Virus record (IMG/VR): IMGVR_UViG_3300033463_000012
Source: a virus
Taxonomy: Duplodnaviria > Caudoviricetes
DNA length: 64,000 bases
Strand: one strand, 5' to 3'
Part shown: positions 1 through 9,282 of the stretch, one piece after another
How the letters are laid out: each line of letters begins with the position of its first letter
How positions within the stretch are numbered: position 1 is the stretch's first letter
Made by a program: the position numbers and the translations under genes
Notes under the pieces: model-generated
Database searches by the model: none
What the model saw: the letters and a program-made list of their open reading frames with translations, nothing else
What the model was told of the DNA's origin: nothing

Positions 1-688
1 ACTTCATGGTTTCCGTATCGAAGATATAGCCGCCGCGGGAGCCACCTTTGTCCGTTCGAGTCATTTGATACGGCGCACCCAAGTATCTGCATTCCTTGTT
101 TCTTTCAGTTCTCACGCCAGGTGTATGAATATGACCCGAGAATGTGCGAATGAAGTTGTCAAAGAAAAGCGACAGGTCAACCTGAAAGACATTCTGATTC
201 GAGGTTTCCGGAATGTCGAAGCCAAGTATTTCCAAATGTCCTAATGCATATTTCGCCGTGATCACTTCATTGCTCAGCAAGGAGTCAAGTGCCGCCTTGT
301 TGTATTCAGACAGCCACGGGATTATCAAGAAGTCCCCGACCTGTTCCATCTTGGTGTAGACATTGATGTTCGGAGAAAGGAAGGAGAGGTAGTTGATCGA
401 ATTCACTTCCGTGTCGGTGGTGTAATACATGTCATGATTGCCGACCAGGACGTGAGTGTGAAACTTGGAAAAGTCCTCCTTGAACAGCTTTGAAACCGAG
501 TCAAGGAGTTTAACGGATATCGACTTTCTGTCATTGAAGATGTCACCAAGAAGGAACAGTGTGTCTATTCCATCGTCTTCCAACTTCTTCAAGAAAACGT
601 CCTTGATGAATTTCAGCTGGGATTCAAAGAATACGTCATCCGACTTCTTTATGCCGAAGTGTAGGTCAGCCAACATTCCAACTTTCAT
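1..688 (-). CDS. gp47: Recombination/repair nuclease, gp47 (Mre11/SbcD-like), 3' end beyond window
   Basis: Manual translation MKVGMLADLHFGIKK...LLGDIFNDRK...LVGNHDMYY...GHLE...FSGHIH gives the metallophosphoesterase motifs; lies next to gp46. Not in the ORF track because it runs off the edge. Confidence 0.93.
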   Translation of the reverse strand, partial: MKVGMLADLHFGIKKSDDVFFESQLKFIKDVFLKKLEDDGIDTLFLLGDIFNDRKSISVKLLDSVSKLFKEDFSKFHTHVLVGNHDMYYTTDTEVNSINYLSFLSPNINVYTKMEQVGDFLIIPWLSEYNKAALDSLLSNEVITAKYALGHLEILGFDIPETSNQNVFQVDLSLFFDNFIRTFSGHIHTPGVRTERNKECRYLGAPYQMTRTDKGGSRGGYIFDTETMK

Positions 689-714
689 GTGGATCCTTTT
701 GGTATACCTAAAAT

Positions 715-1329
715 CTAATTAATGAAGGACTCGAATGGATTCGGTTTTTCCTTCTTTTCCGCTGGCTTCTTTTGCTGCACAACGTTCTTCTCTTCCTTGA
801 GTTCATGGGATTCAAGGAAGGAATTGGAGAGGAATTTGTAGCGGTGGGCGAATTCATCAGCTCGTAGATTGTATGATAAATTCTTTATGACCTGAATGAA
901 ATAGGCCAGCGGATTTTCCTTTCTGGAGTCAAAGCGATTAACCACAACCAGAAGGCGGGTCATCACGTCCTGTTTCAAGTCCATCTTGGATTCGTCTGCA
1001 TTCATCTGCTGAAAGCCAAATCCGGCCAGGACTGAGTCGATCAATTCATAGAAAATCTTGAAAAGTTCATCGGACACCTGTTCCAACTTCAGATGTCTTT
1101 CCTTCTTTTCTTCCGGTGTTTCGTTCTTGAGTCTGTCCTTCTTTCCAAGATACCAACCGGATTTGAATTCCACGAAGGCCTTGCGGTTTTCCTTGTAGGT
1201 GTCGAAGGCTTCATCCGACATTCCTTTCGGTCTGATCAACTTGGAATTGAGCCAGGATGCATCGATGTCATCGTTCAGAAACTGATAATCGGATATCAGT
1301 TCATGCAACTTCTTCTTGTCTATCCACAT
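715..1329 (-). CDS. gp55: Late transcription sigma factor, gp55-like
   Basis: NRFDSRKENPLAYFIQVIKN resembles the gp55 FDxxKxxNPFAYFTQI motif; start taken at MWIDKKK, overlapping the gp46 stop. Confidence 0.8.
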   Translation of the reverse strand: MWIDKKKLHELISDYQFLNDDIDASWLNSKLIRPKGMSDEAFDTYKENRKAFVEFKSGWYLGKKDRLKNETPEEKKERHLKLEQVSDELFKIFYELIDSVLAGFGFQQMNADESKMDLKQDVMTRLLVVVNRFDSRKENPLAYFIQVIKNLSYNLRADEFAHRYKFLSNSFLESHELKEEKNVVQQKKPAEKKEKPNPFESFIN

Positions 1330-3074
1330 TTTCTGAGGTCCTTTATGAACTTCACCTGCGAGAAGCGAGCAGGTTTTGTCACTTCCAACATCCCGTCGAA
1401 GTCCATGTTTTGAGGGTCGCGGTGGGTGATGACGAAGGAACACTGCTGATTGTTCCTCACCATTTCCTTGACCGAGTTCACGATTACAGCCAGGTTTTCC
1501 GTATCCACCGAGGAGTCGAACAATTCGTCGAAGAATATGATGTTCGAATCCCAACCTGACAATGTCTTGGTGATTTCCATGAAGGCCAAGAGGATCGCCA
1601 TATCCACTCTTTTCTTTTCGCCTTCGGAACAGCTCATGTAGTTCACCATGTCGTTCTTCAACTTCAGCGCAGCTTCGTCATTCGCATTGAAGACGAATTC
1701 GAAGTCAAGACCGAATTCTATCAAGCGATTGTTCACCATCTGATTGACCACGGTGACGTATTTGTCGATGTAGTATCCTCTGACCCCGTTGTCCGAGAGG
1801 ATGTCGACCAGCTGCTTCTGTATCTTCAAGTCCTTTGTTATGCGCTTGAATTTGTTTTCCTCACTCTGCCAGTTCTGCTTCGCTGTCTTTGCATCCTGTT
1901 CATATTTGTCCAGGTCGATTTCAACGGGAGCGTCCTGCTTTTTGAGCTGTTCATCTATCGTCTTTATCTTCTGCTTCTCTATCTTTTCCTTGTAGGTCAG
2001 ATCAGCGACCACCCTGTCCATCTCATTCAGCTCATTGTTTCTGTCCTGCTGAAGTTGAACCTCGGCTTCTATTTCCTTCACCTTGGACGAGTTGTTCTTT
2101 CCATCTGCTATGACCTTCTCCTTTTCTGCTCCCAATTCCTCCAACTTGTTGGTCTTGAATTTCTTGTCGATTTTCTGTCCACAAGTCGGGCAGCAGTTAT
2201 GAGAGGAGAAAAATTCAATGTTTTCGATCAGCTGTTTTGCCGTCATCCGAAGTTGAGCCAGCTTTTCCTTCAGCTTGTCCAACTTCTTCGTGTCAGGGTT
2301 TGGAACGTTCTTTTCCAGTTCTTCCCGTTTCTTCTTCGCTTCCATCAACTTCTTCGAGAAGCCGGCCATTGCAGTCTTTGCCTTTTCCTTGTCCGATTCC
2401 AGCTTCTGCTTTTCGTCGTCCCCGTGGTTCTTCAGATTTTCCACGGTTTCCTTCATGTTCTCGAAAGTCTGCAAGGCATTGAGTGAAGTGGTCTTGAGGT
2501 TTGTGGCCAGTGCCTCCGAGACCTTGTAGTCGACCTTGAGTTCCGATATGCGCTTCTTAACCTCGGTCGTCATCTTGGAGAATACGCCCAGGTTGAAAAC
2601 GTCCGACAGAAATTCTCGCTGTTCCTGTGCAGTCATCGTCATGAATGGTTTCGTCAATCCAATGGAAAGAATGACCACGCGGCGGAAAAGGTCTTGCTTC
2701 ATGCCGAGTATCTGGTCGATTTCGTTCTGCACCAGTGTCTTTGAGGAAAGAAGGTCAAGCGGTTGCCCGTTCAGGGAGATGTCCAGGATGTTTGGGGAAC
2801 GACCTCGCTGAATGACATATACATCGTCATTGCGCTTGAACTTCACCTCGACCAACATGTCCGAGTTGTTGGTTCGGTTGATGAGTTCATCCATCTTCAC
2901 GTCTCTGTAGGTTTTCCCATAGAGAGCGTAAAACAGGGCGTCGACTATTGTGGATTTACCGGCACCGTTCGACCCTCGTATGGCGTAAAAGCCCTTTGGA
3001 AAATCGATTTCGGTCCACTTGTTGCCGTATGATAGGAAGTTTTTCCAGCGTAAGGAAAGGAATTCTATGTGCAT
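1320..3074 (-). CDS. gp46: SMC-like recombination ATPase, gp46 (Rad50/SbcC)
   Basis: KNFLSYGN, Walker A GSNGAGKST, CPTCGQ zinc hook, signature SEGEKKR, Walker B FFDE, ITH. Confidence 0.95.
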   Translation of the reverse strand: MHIEFLSLRWKNFLSYGNKWTEIDFPKGFYAIRGSNGAGKSTIVDALFYALYGKTYRDVKMDELINRTNNSDMLVEVKFKRNDDVYVIQRGRSPNILDISLNGQPLDLLSSKTLVQNEIDQILGMKQDLFRRVVILSIGLTKPFMTMTAQEQREFLSDVFNLGVFSKMTTEVKKRISELKVDYKVSEALATNLKTTSLNALQTFENMKETVENLKNHGDDEKQKLESDKEKAKTAMAGFSKKLMEAKKKREELEKNVPNPDTKKLDKLKEKLAQLRMTAKQLIENIEFFSSHNCCPTCGQKIDKKFKTNKLEELGAEKEKVIADGKNNSSKVKEIEAEVQLQQDRNNELNEMDRVVADLTYKEKIEKQKIKTIDEQLKKQDAPVEIDLDKYEQDAKTAKQNWQSEENKFKRITKDLKIQKQLVDILSDNGVRGYYIDKYVTVVNQMVNNRLIEFGLDFEFVFNANDEAALKLKNDMVNYMSCSEGEKKRVDMAILLAFMEITKTLSGWDSNIIFFDELFDSSVDTENLAVIVNSVKEMVRNNQQCSFVITHRDPQNMDFDGMLEVTKPARFSQVKFIKDLRKCG

Positions 3075-3118
3075 AGTTAGTATCTAATATAGTCACTGTA
3101 GAGATGAAAGGTAAAAGA

Positions 3119-3150
3119 AAAAGCCCTCCATTTTCAGGAGGGCTTTATTT
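3119..3150. terminator. Rho-independent terminator
   Basis: AAAGCCCTCC-loop-GGAGGGCTTT with A/T tracts, downstream of the 3157-3909 ORF. Confidence 0.75.
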
Positions 3151-3156
3151 ATATGT

Positions 3157-3909
3157 TTATGATAATGCTTCCATCAATTCATCGAAGTGTTCTTCTATGT
3201 CTTTTCTACTTAATTGATAATTACCTCTGACTCTTCTTCCTACATCAGGAACATGTTTTTCTAGATAATCAACCAGTTTTCCTACTGTTCCATAACCATT
3301 AAGTTCTATGTAAACTGGATACTTGTCCTCTGAAATTTCAAAACTTCTATAACAAGAAGAAGGGCCTCTATGTAACCAATTTATACAAGAACCATGGTCT
3401 CCTCTATATCCATCTGCTATGATACGCACCATTTCTCTATCACTACTATCATCAAAAACATCATACAATGCTTCCAAGAATTTCAATACATACTTTGACT
3501 TTTCTTTCTGCTCAGTCCTGAATCCTTCCCGAAGCATCCGACCACGGAGACGACGGGATTCATTGAATTTTCCTTCTCTGGACATTTTTATATGATTTTC
3601 AGTCCTGATGCTGGAAATTTCATCATCAACAACATATCTTATTGCTTTGAACATTGGTCCGGCTGAAAACACAATATCGAAATTTTCAATATCATAAACA
3701 TCAATATCCAATGAAGCACCTAAATCAATAAGAGGCCTGACTATTTTCGTCAAAGCATCTGTCATATTTATTGGCAGATTAGGAAGATTGGTTTTTACTC
3801 CTTCATCATCATTTCTGCGATGGATTTGAACATATGAACCTTCGACTGGATTCAAATCTTTGTCAAAGGCATCAAATCCTTTTCTGTTTACTGTTAGTCG
3901 TCCAAGCAT
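3157..3909 (-). CDS. Hypothetical two-module protein with central FNESRRLRGRMLREG linker
   Basis: 250-aa ORF with AAGGAG RBS; AT-rich halves joined by a GC-richer linker. Confidence 0.75.
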   Translation of the reverse strand: MLGRLTVNRKGFDAFDKDLNPVEGSYVQIHRRNDDEGVKTNLPNLPINMTDALTKIVRPLIDLGASLDIDVYDIENFDIVFSAGPMFKAIRYVVDDEISSIRTENHIKMSREGKFNESRRLRGRMLREGFRTEQKEKSKYVLKFLEALYDVFDDSSDREMVRIIADGYRGDHGSCINWLHRGPSSCYRSFEISEDKYPVYIELNGYGTVGKLVDYLEKHVPDVGRRVRGNYQLSRKDIEEHFDELMEALS

Positions 3910-3921
3910 TTTTCATTCTCC

Positions 3922-4341
3922 TTATTTTGTCTTTGTCATTATGATTCCATCTTCTTCCGTTTCCTGGACAGCGACGAAACCAAAACTTTCATAGATTTCG
4001 ATCAATTTAGCCATCTCGGTTCCTTTGTCCGGATATGCTCGAAGGATGAACTGTTTGCAATGTTCCCTGTTTTCAATCTCCTTCAAGCCCATTCCGAACA
4101 AGGTCTTTCCGAGACCAATTCCCCGGTATTCCTTGTTTATGTAGAAATACTCGATGTTCGTAACTCTTTCGTCGGGGTCAAATCCTCTCATTATGTCAAA
4201 GTCAAATTCATCGGACAAAGTTTCTTCATATTCGTGCATGATTACTTCAAAATATCCACAGGTATATGACAAATATCCTATCTGTTCACCATCCAAAATG
4301 AACTTCACTTCGTTTTCTGAATAGTCAATTGATATGTTCAT
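3922..4341 (-). CDS. GNAT-family acetyltransferase
   Basis: Motif A YINKEYRGIGLGKTL and C-terminal IYESFGF. Confidence 0.85.
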   Translation of the reverse strand: MNISIDYSENEVKFILDGEQIGYLSYTCGYFEVIMHEYEETLSDEFDFDIMRGFDPDERVTNIEYFYINKEYRGIGLGKTLFGMGLKEIENREHCKQFILRAYPDKGTEMAKLIEIYESFGFVAVQETEEDGIIMTKTK

Positions 4342-4877
4342 TTATTGTCCATTATGATTTGATTGCAACAGAATGTCAATTTCCTGATGATTTTTCCTGG
4401 AGAATTATATGAAAAATCCAAGCCATCTGAACGAACGAAGAATGAGTCCGACATTATCCACGTCTTCAAAATGTCGAAGTCACCGGAATTCGTATATCCT
4501 TTCGGAGACAAAACCGAAATCCTGATGTCTCCTATACAAGCCGATGACCAATAACGATGAATGCCATATTGGTCAATGTTCCTTATTTCCAATTCATTCA
4601 CCAATTCCGAAACCTTCCAATCCTTGGTTTCCTCCATGGTGATCGTGAATTCGTAGCCATCGTTTTCCTTCATCACAGGACGGGAGAATGGACGACCTTG
4701 CACCTGGAATCCGACCTTCTGAAATTCCACAGGTTCCTGAATGGATATGTCCGTGACCATCCAGTTCTTTACATCCACTCCCAGGGTATCAGGAAAATTG
4801 ACGATAAACCAGTTGTTCGGTTGTATCGTCTTTTGATTGAACGCTTCCTGTTCCTTTTGAAGAGGTACCTTGGCCAT
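4338..4877 (-). CDS. Tail tube-like protein (divergent gp19 paralog)
   Basis: Same layout as the two neighbouring tube-like genes (FTITMEE...LDFSYNS...KLTF); same operon as the sheath. Confidence 0.55.
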   Translation of the reverse strand: MAKVPLQKEQEAFNQKTIQPNNWFIVNFPDTLGVDVKNWMVTDISIQEPVEFQKVGFQVQGRPFSRPVMKENDGYEFTITMEETKDWKVSELVNELEIRNIDQYGIHRYWSSACIGDIRISVLSPKGYTNSGDFDILKTWIMSDSFFVRSDGLDFSYNSPGKIIRKLTFCCNQIIMDNK

Positions 4878-4880
4878 CTA

Positions 4881-5495
4881 TCAGTCTCCCTTCAATGCTT
4901 CCTTGCAGTTGTCGGTGCCGTCCAGTGACCAATAGTCGAATGCGAAAGTCGCTGTGTATTTCACTGCATCTGATTTTCCATAGTCCAACTTCACGGACGA
5001 AATGCTTGTGATGAATGCATTTCTTATCTTCACTTCGGCTGGAAGCAACTCACCGTTCATGGCATATTGACGAATGACGATTGTGGTGACGAAAGATTCC
5101 TTGAAGTCATTGTATCGTCTGTAATATTGGTTGTCCAGCTGAGAATGGTCATAGATTTCGTGAATCCAGGAGTTGAGCATGGTGACCACTGTCTGGTCCT
5201 CACGTTCAATGAAGTCTATGTCCACCGTCTTTCCACCATCATCCGCGGGCAGAGGAAAGTTGTAGGTATGCCCGAGATATTTTGACGATGTATAGGCAAC
5301 CTTGCGGTCAGGAATGGAAACACCGATTGCGCGGAATTTGAGTTTGTCCTTCATTCCAATCGACTTGCCTGAGCAAGATGACCACAATCGGTGATCCTTG
5401 ATGCATTTCGGATTGTAGATTTCCACTTCCCACAGATTGGTCTTCTGTGGGTCCACCATGTTGGCGAATTTGTTGACAATGTGGAAATCCGGCAT
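4881..5495 (-). CDS. Tail tube-like protein (gp19 paralog)
   Basis: DPQKTNLWEV, SIPDR, IDFIERED, LDY...YTATFAFDYW; clearly paralogous to 5506-6105. Confidence 0.75.
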   Translation of the reverse strand: MPDFHIVNKFANMVDPQKTNLWEVEIYNPKCIKDHRLWSSCSGKSIGMKDKLKFRAIGVSIPDRKVAYTSSKYLGHTYNFPLPADDGGKTVDIDFIEREDQTVVTMLNSWIHEIYDHSQLDNQYYRRYNDFKESFVTTIVIRQYAMNGELLPAEVKIRNAFITSISSVKLDYGKSDAVKYTATFAFDYWSLDGTDNCKEALKGD

Positions 5496-5505
5496 CCGCT
5501 ATCCT

Positions 5506-6105
5506 TTATTCAACCCGGTCTGTAAGTTCCCACCAGTCATACTGGAAAGTGCAGCTGTTTTCAAGACCATTCGAGTTGTCATAAGTCAAGCTGATGTCAC
5601 CGACCGAGGTAGGCCAAGCGTCGTGGAAGATGACTCCTTTGGAAAGGGGTTCACCGTCCATGCCGATCAGCTTGAGTTTGATGTCGGCCGAATAGTTGAA
5701 TCCACGAAGTCCATTGGGGTATTTCTGTCCGGCCAAACCGTGACCACCGTTCCCCTTGGAGGACATGGAATCGAAGATGTTGTTCACCCAGGTATTCAGA
5801 GCACGAGTGATATACTGGTCTTCGTATTCATAAAACTGGATGTCCAAAGTCTTGCCGCTCATGTCTTCGGTTCCTGCATAGTTGGATACCATGCCCATAT
5901 ACCGAGTTTCAATGCTAGGAATCTTACGACCAGGAATTGAACAAGACTTGGCACGAATCATCAGTTCCTTGGTCTGAGGAATTTCATTGCCTTCGACAGA
6001 ATATACAAGACCCTGAGGAATCTGAATTCTCACCTGCCAGAGATTCGACTTCTGAATGTCCGGCAGGGAGTTCTTTACTGCTGCGATATGATAATTGCTT
6101 GCCAT
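5506..6105 (-). CDS. gp19: Tail tube protein gp19
   Basis: SIPGR, DAWPTSVGDISLTYD, TFQYDWW; directly after the sheath gene. Confidence 0.88.
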   Translation of the reverse strand: MASNYHIAAVKNSLPDIQKSNLWQVRIQIPQGLVYSVEGNEIPQTKELMIRAKSCSIPGRKIPSIETRYMGMVSNYAGTEDMSGKTLDIQFYEYEDQYITRALNTWVNNIFDSMSSKGNGGHGLAGQKYPNGLRGFNYSADIKLKLIGMDGEPLSKGVIFHDAWPTSVGDISLTYDNSNGLENSCTFQYDWWELTDRVE

Positions 6106-6124
6106 CTATTTTTCTCCTCTCAGA

Positions 6125-8269
6125 CTAGGATTCCGTGAAGGAAACCCCGGTTCTGGTCACTATGATGTTGAGGTTGATGAATTCCACCGTCTTGACCGGC
6201 TGAACGTATAGGTCGATGTTCAGTTCATTGTTGTCGATTGTGTAGGGGGTATTGTTGGTCGAGTCGCACACGGTATTGTATGCATAAAGACCACCACCTG
6301 CATAAATCGTCTGAAGGAACTGGTCAATGCCCGACTTCACACGAGAACGGAGAAGTTCGGTATTGGGCTCGAACAGATACGCCTGAAGGGAGGGTTCGAG
6401 GGTGTTTTCGATGTAGAGCAAGAGGCGTCGGACATTGATGCGGTCGAGAGCGGAGGCCTTGACCTGACCCGTCTTCTGTCCCCACATGTAGTCACCTGCA
6501 CCACGCACCCGCTTGGAGGTGTTGACGTTGTTGGCGTAGAGGTAGCCGATTTCCTGTTCGGTGTAGACCTTCATCTGGTCCAGGGTTCCCATCGCACCTC
6601 TATTCAGCCCGGCAGGAGCGTCCCAAACATGAGCCACATTGTCGTTGTTGGCTATGATACGACCAGCGAAGGCGACCTTAGGAAGGTAGATGTTCTTGTT
6701 GGTGTATTGGTCATAAACCAAGTCCGTGCCGGCGTAGATGCCTACATAGCTGTTTCTTGCGAAAGAATTGATATTGGGCAATTCAGTTTCAACTATGGTC
6801 TGTGCCTTCACTACATTCAACCCGGAAACGGGAATCACGGCGAAGCAGTCCCGACGAGAGGAAGCGACTTCGCAGACGGCCTGGACCAGTTCCTTGACAA
6901 TGGCGGTTTCGGTAACATAAGGAGCCATCAGGATGTTCGGGGTCACCTGTTCCTTGGAGCCGTATAGTGCTCTCCAACAATCAGCTATGCCGTCGGTCGA
7001 AGACTGATTGTATTCACCCTTAGGCAGAGCCGTGACGTTCTTGGCGGAATAGTTGAGTTCCGAGGAAATGTAGGTCACTGCCTTTTCCATTTCCACTTCA
7101 GTCCCTTCATCGGAACCACAGGAAAGTTCATATCCACTGAGAGTGACGTCAATGCTTCCGATTGTACCTTCAGACTTGATAAGGGTCTTGGTCAGGTATA
7201 TCGTAGTGCTCCGTCTGGATTCACTGTCAATTGCTTCCCAACCACCAGTGACGTCGAATTCGGTTCCATCTGCAACCAGCTTGCCTTCGGAAACCGTAAG
7301 GGAGTCAACTGCAGTTCCGCCGATTGTGGCTCCATCGATCTTGACCTTGAGAATCCCGTTTTCGAAGGTAGGATCAGCATAGGTCAGAGTCATTTCAGTG
7401 GAGCCGGAAGTCAGAGTTTCCGGAACAGTGAGCGTGGAGGAGAACAGGATCAGAGGAACAACAGGATAAAGAGTTCCTTCAATCGGTTTCTTGTTGGTGT
7501 TGACGTAGATGAAATCGGAGTATCCGTTGACCACGTCCTTGACGAACATGGAATTGCCGGAATAGTCCTTGGCCAGAGGGTCATTGGAAACCACCCAGGA
7601 TTCGGTAGGAACCAAGTCCTTCAGAGGATCAACACCGGTCCAACCTGCATCTTCAAATGACTTGTCGGTGGTCTTGGTATAGACGTTGATTCTGTAGTAT
7701 TTTACCGGTTCGCCATTGATGTTGGTTTCGGGATATTTCCCCGCCCAGGTATAGCCATAGGTATAGGCCATAGTCTGAGTTTCGGTGTTGTCTTCGGTCA
7801 CCACGATGATGCCAATGTTGTCGCTTTCGTTCGAAGCGCCAAGTGCAGTGATGACCAGAGGCGAATCAGTGATCTGTTCAGCAGGATAATACTTGTTCGG
7901 CTGGTTGCCGTCTTCGTATCCATCTTCAGAAAAGATGTCTTTGCCTTCGGATTCCTGTCCTTCCTTCCATGATTCACCATCGACCTTGATGTAGCCAACT
8001 GTGTCGTTCTCGGTGGCTGGACGAGTGAACCACATGAAATCGGATGCCTTGAGGAATTCGATTGCGGTGTAGATCGGGTATTCATCTCCATTAATGGGCG
8101 CGCCGAACTTGGACACGAAGTCCTTGTTGCTCGTGGTCAAAACCCGTCTGTTGGTCATGCCCTTGGGAGTCCGGCCCACCAAAGCACCGACGTTGGTGCC
8201 AGCGGGAACGGTCACTTCGGACAAGTCTATCTCTTTGACCTGTACGCCTGGTGCTCTGTATGATGCCAT
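6125..8269 (-). CDS. gp18: Tail sheath protein gp18
   Basis: APGVQVKEIDLS N-terminus, WDAPAGLNRG, WGQKT, SALDRINVRRLL, LFEPN. Confidence 0.96.
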   Translation of the reverse strand: MASYRAPGVQVKEIDLSEVTVPAGTNVGALVGRTPKGMTNRRVLTTSNKDFVSKFGAPINGDEYPIYTAIEFLKASDFMWFTRPATENDTVGYIKVDGESWKEGQESEGKDIFSEDGYEDGNQPNKYYPAEQITDSPLVITALGASNESDNIGIIVVTEDNTETQTMAYTYGYTWAGKYPETNINGEPVKYYRINVYTKTTDKSFEDAGWTGVDPLKDLVPTESWVVSNDPLAKDYSGNSMFVKDVVNGYSDFIYVNTNKKPIEGTLYPVVPLILFSSTLTVPETLTSGSTEMTLTYADPTFENGILKVKIDGATIGGTAVDSLTVSEGKLVADGTEFDVTGGWEAIDSESRRSTTIYLTKTLIKSEGTIGSIDVTLSGYELSCGSDEGTEVEMEKAVTYISSELNYSAKNVTALPKGEYNQSSTDGIADCWRALYGSKEQVTPNILMAPYVTETAIVKELVQAVCEVASSRRDCFAVIPVSGLNVVKAQTIVETELPNINSFARNSYVGIYAGTDLVYDQYTNKNIYLPKVAFAGRIIANNDNVAHVWDAPAGLNRGAMGTLDQMKVYTEQEIGYLYANNVNTSKRVRGAGDYMWGQKTGQVKASALDRINVRRLLLYIENTLEPSLQAYLFEPNTELLRSRVKSGIDQFLQTIYAGGGLYAYNTVCDSTNNTPYTIDNNELNIDLYVQPVKTVEFINLNIIVTRTGVSFTES

Positions 8270-8306
8270 ATTCGTTATCTCCTAATGATAAAACTTTCTG
8301 TTGAAT

Positions 8307-8801
8307 TTAGAACGTGTCGCTTTCGTCATATTCCCAATCGTATATGTTCCCCACATAATCGACTTTCTTCAGTTTTTCCATCAATGACTGGGCAATGGCT
8401 TCATCTTCACCGGTTACACAGGAGATAGCATCTTCCATGCCTATATTTTTATAAGTTGGACAACTTACAATTTTGAATACATCATGATATCCGCCACCAC
8501 ATGGACCATCCCAATCATATCCATCATCATATCCTTCTGATGTAAAAGATGCAAATTCTACTGGTGAATCATCACAGTATTCTTTTACATCAAAAAGCAT
8601 TTTTGTTTCTTCTTCATTGAGATTTGCTTGTTTTGCAAGTTCCTTTAGATTCAGGTGAATTGTCGGAGGTTCACCTATTGCATTTCCAGAAGAACATGTC
8701 CATAATTCTCCTTCATTTTCTATGTCAAATTCCATAACAACATCTTCTGTATCATCCCAGCTTGAACCACTCAGATAATTGCCTTCAAACAATCTTCTCA
8801 T
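8307..8801 (-). CDS. Hypothetical acidic protein
   Basis: ORF with GAGGGG RBS; begins MRRLFEG. Confidence 0.7.
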   Translation of the reverse strand: MRRLFEGNYLSGSSWDDTEDVVMEFDIENEGELWTCSSGNAIGEPPTIHLNLKELAKQANLNEEETKMLFDVKEYCDDSPVEFASFTSEGYDDGYDWDGPCGGGYHDVFKIVSCPTYKNIGMEDAISCVTGEDEAIAQSLMEKLKKVDYVGNIYDWEYDESDTF

Positions 8802-8809
8802 ATCACCCC

Positions 8810-9127
8810 TCACTTCTGGTTGATCACACCAACGGTTTCGCCTTTGTCACCAACCCAGGCGTCCTTCGACTTTTCGGGAGGAGGAATCTGTTCAACGTTC
8901 GGGTTGTATTCAATTCCAAGCAGCTTCAGGAAATGATTCTCGGCTTCCTTGGCGGCATTTTCAATAACCGCCAAAGCCAGCTGTTCATCTCCATCCAAGT
9001 GCCAAAGAAGGACTTGCCATTCCTTTGATCCTGGCTTGATCGCCAACTGCTTCAATGCCTGCTTGTAGTCCGTGGTTATCGCATCTACGCAGGTGTTTTC
9101 CTTCAAATAATCCTTGAAGTTTTTCAT
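8810..9127 (-). CDS. Hypothetical protein with capsid-targeting-like N-terminus
   Basis: Begins MKNFKDYLKE; AAGGAG RBS; CTAAAT motif upstream. Confidence 0.75.
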   Translation of the reverse strand: MKNFKDYLKENTCVDAITTDYKQALKQLAIKPGSKEWQVLLWHLDGDEQLALAVIENAAKEAENHFLKLLGIEYNPNVEQIPPPEKSKDAWVGDKGETVGVINQK

Positions 9128-9189
9128 TTTTGACTATCTCCTTGTCAAAATTCCTACAATCAATTTAGCCCTCAGTCCCTGGACAACTT

Positions 9190-9275
9190 CCTTGAGTGTC
9201 CAGGATGACTTTTCGGTCCAATTTAGAGATAACAGCTAGGTTATAGTTTCCTATGGAAAATGAACAGTAAGGTTA
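9190..9275 (-). repeat. Dispersed palindromic element, copy A (degenerate)
   Basis: Minus strand reads CTATAACCTAGCTG core and AAAAGTCATCCTGGACA arm, similar to copy F. Confidence 0.55.
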
Positions 9276-9282
9276 TACCGTC

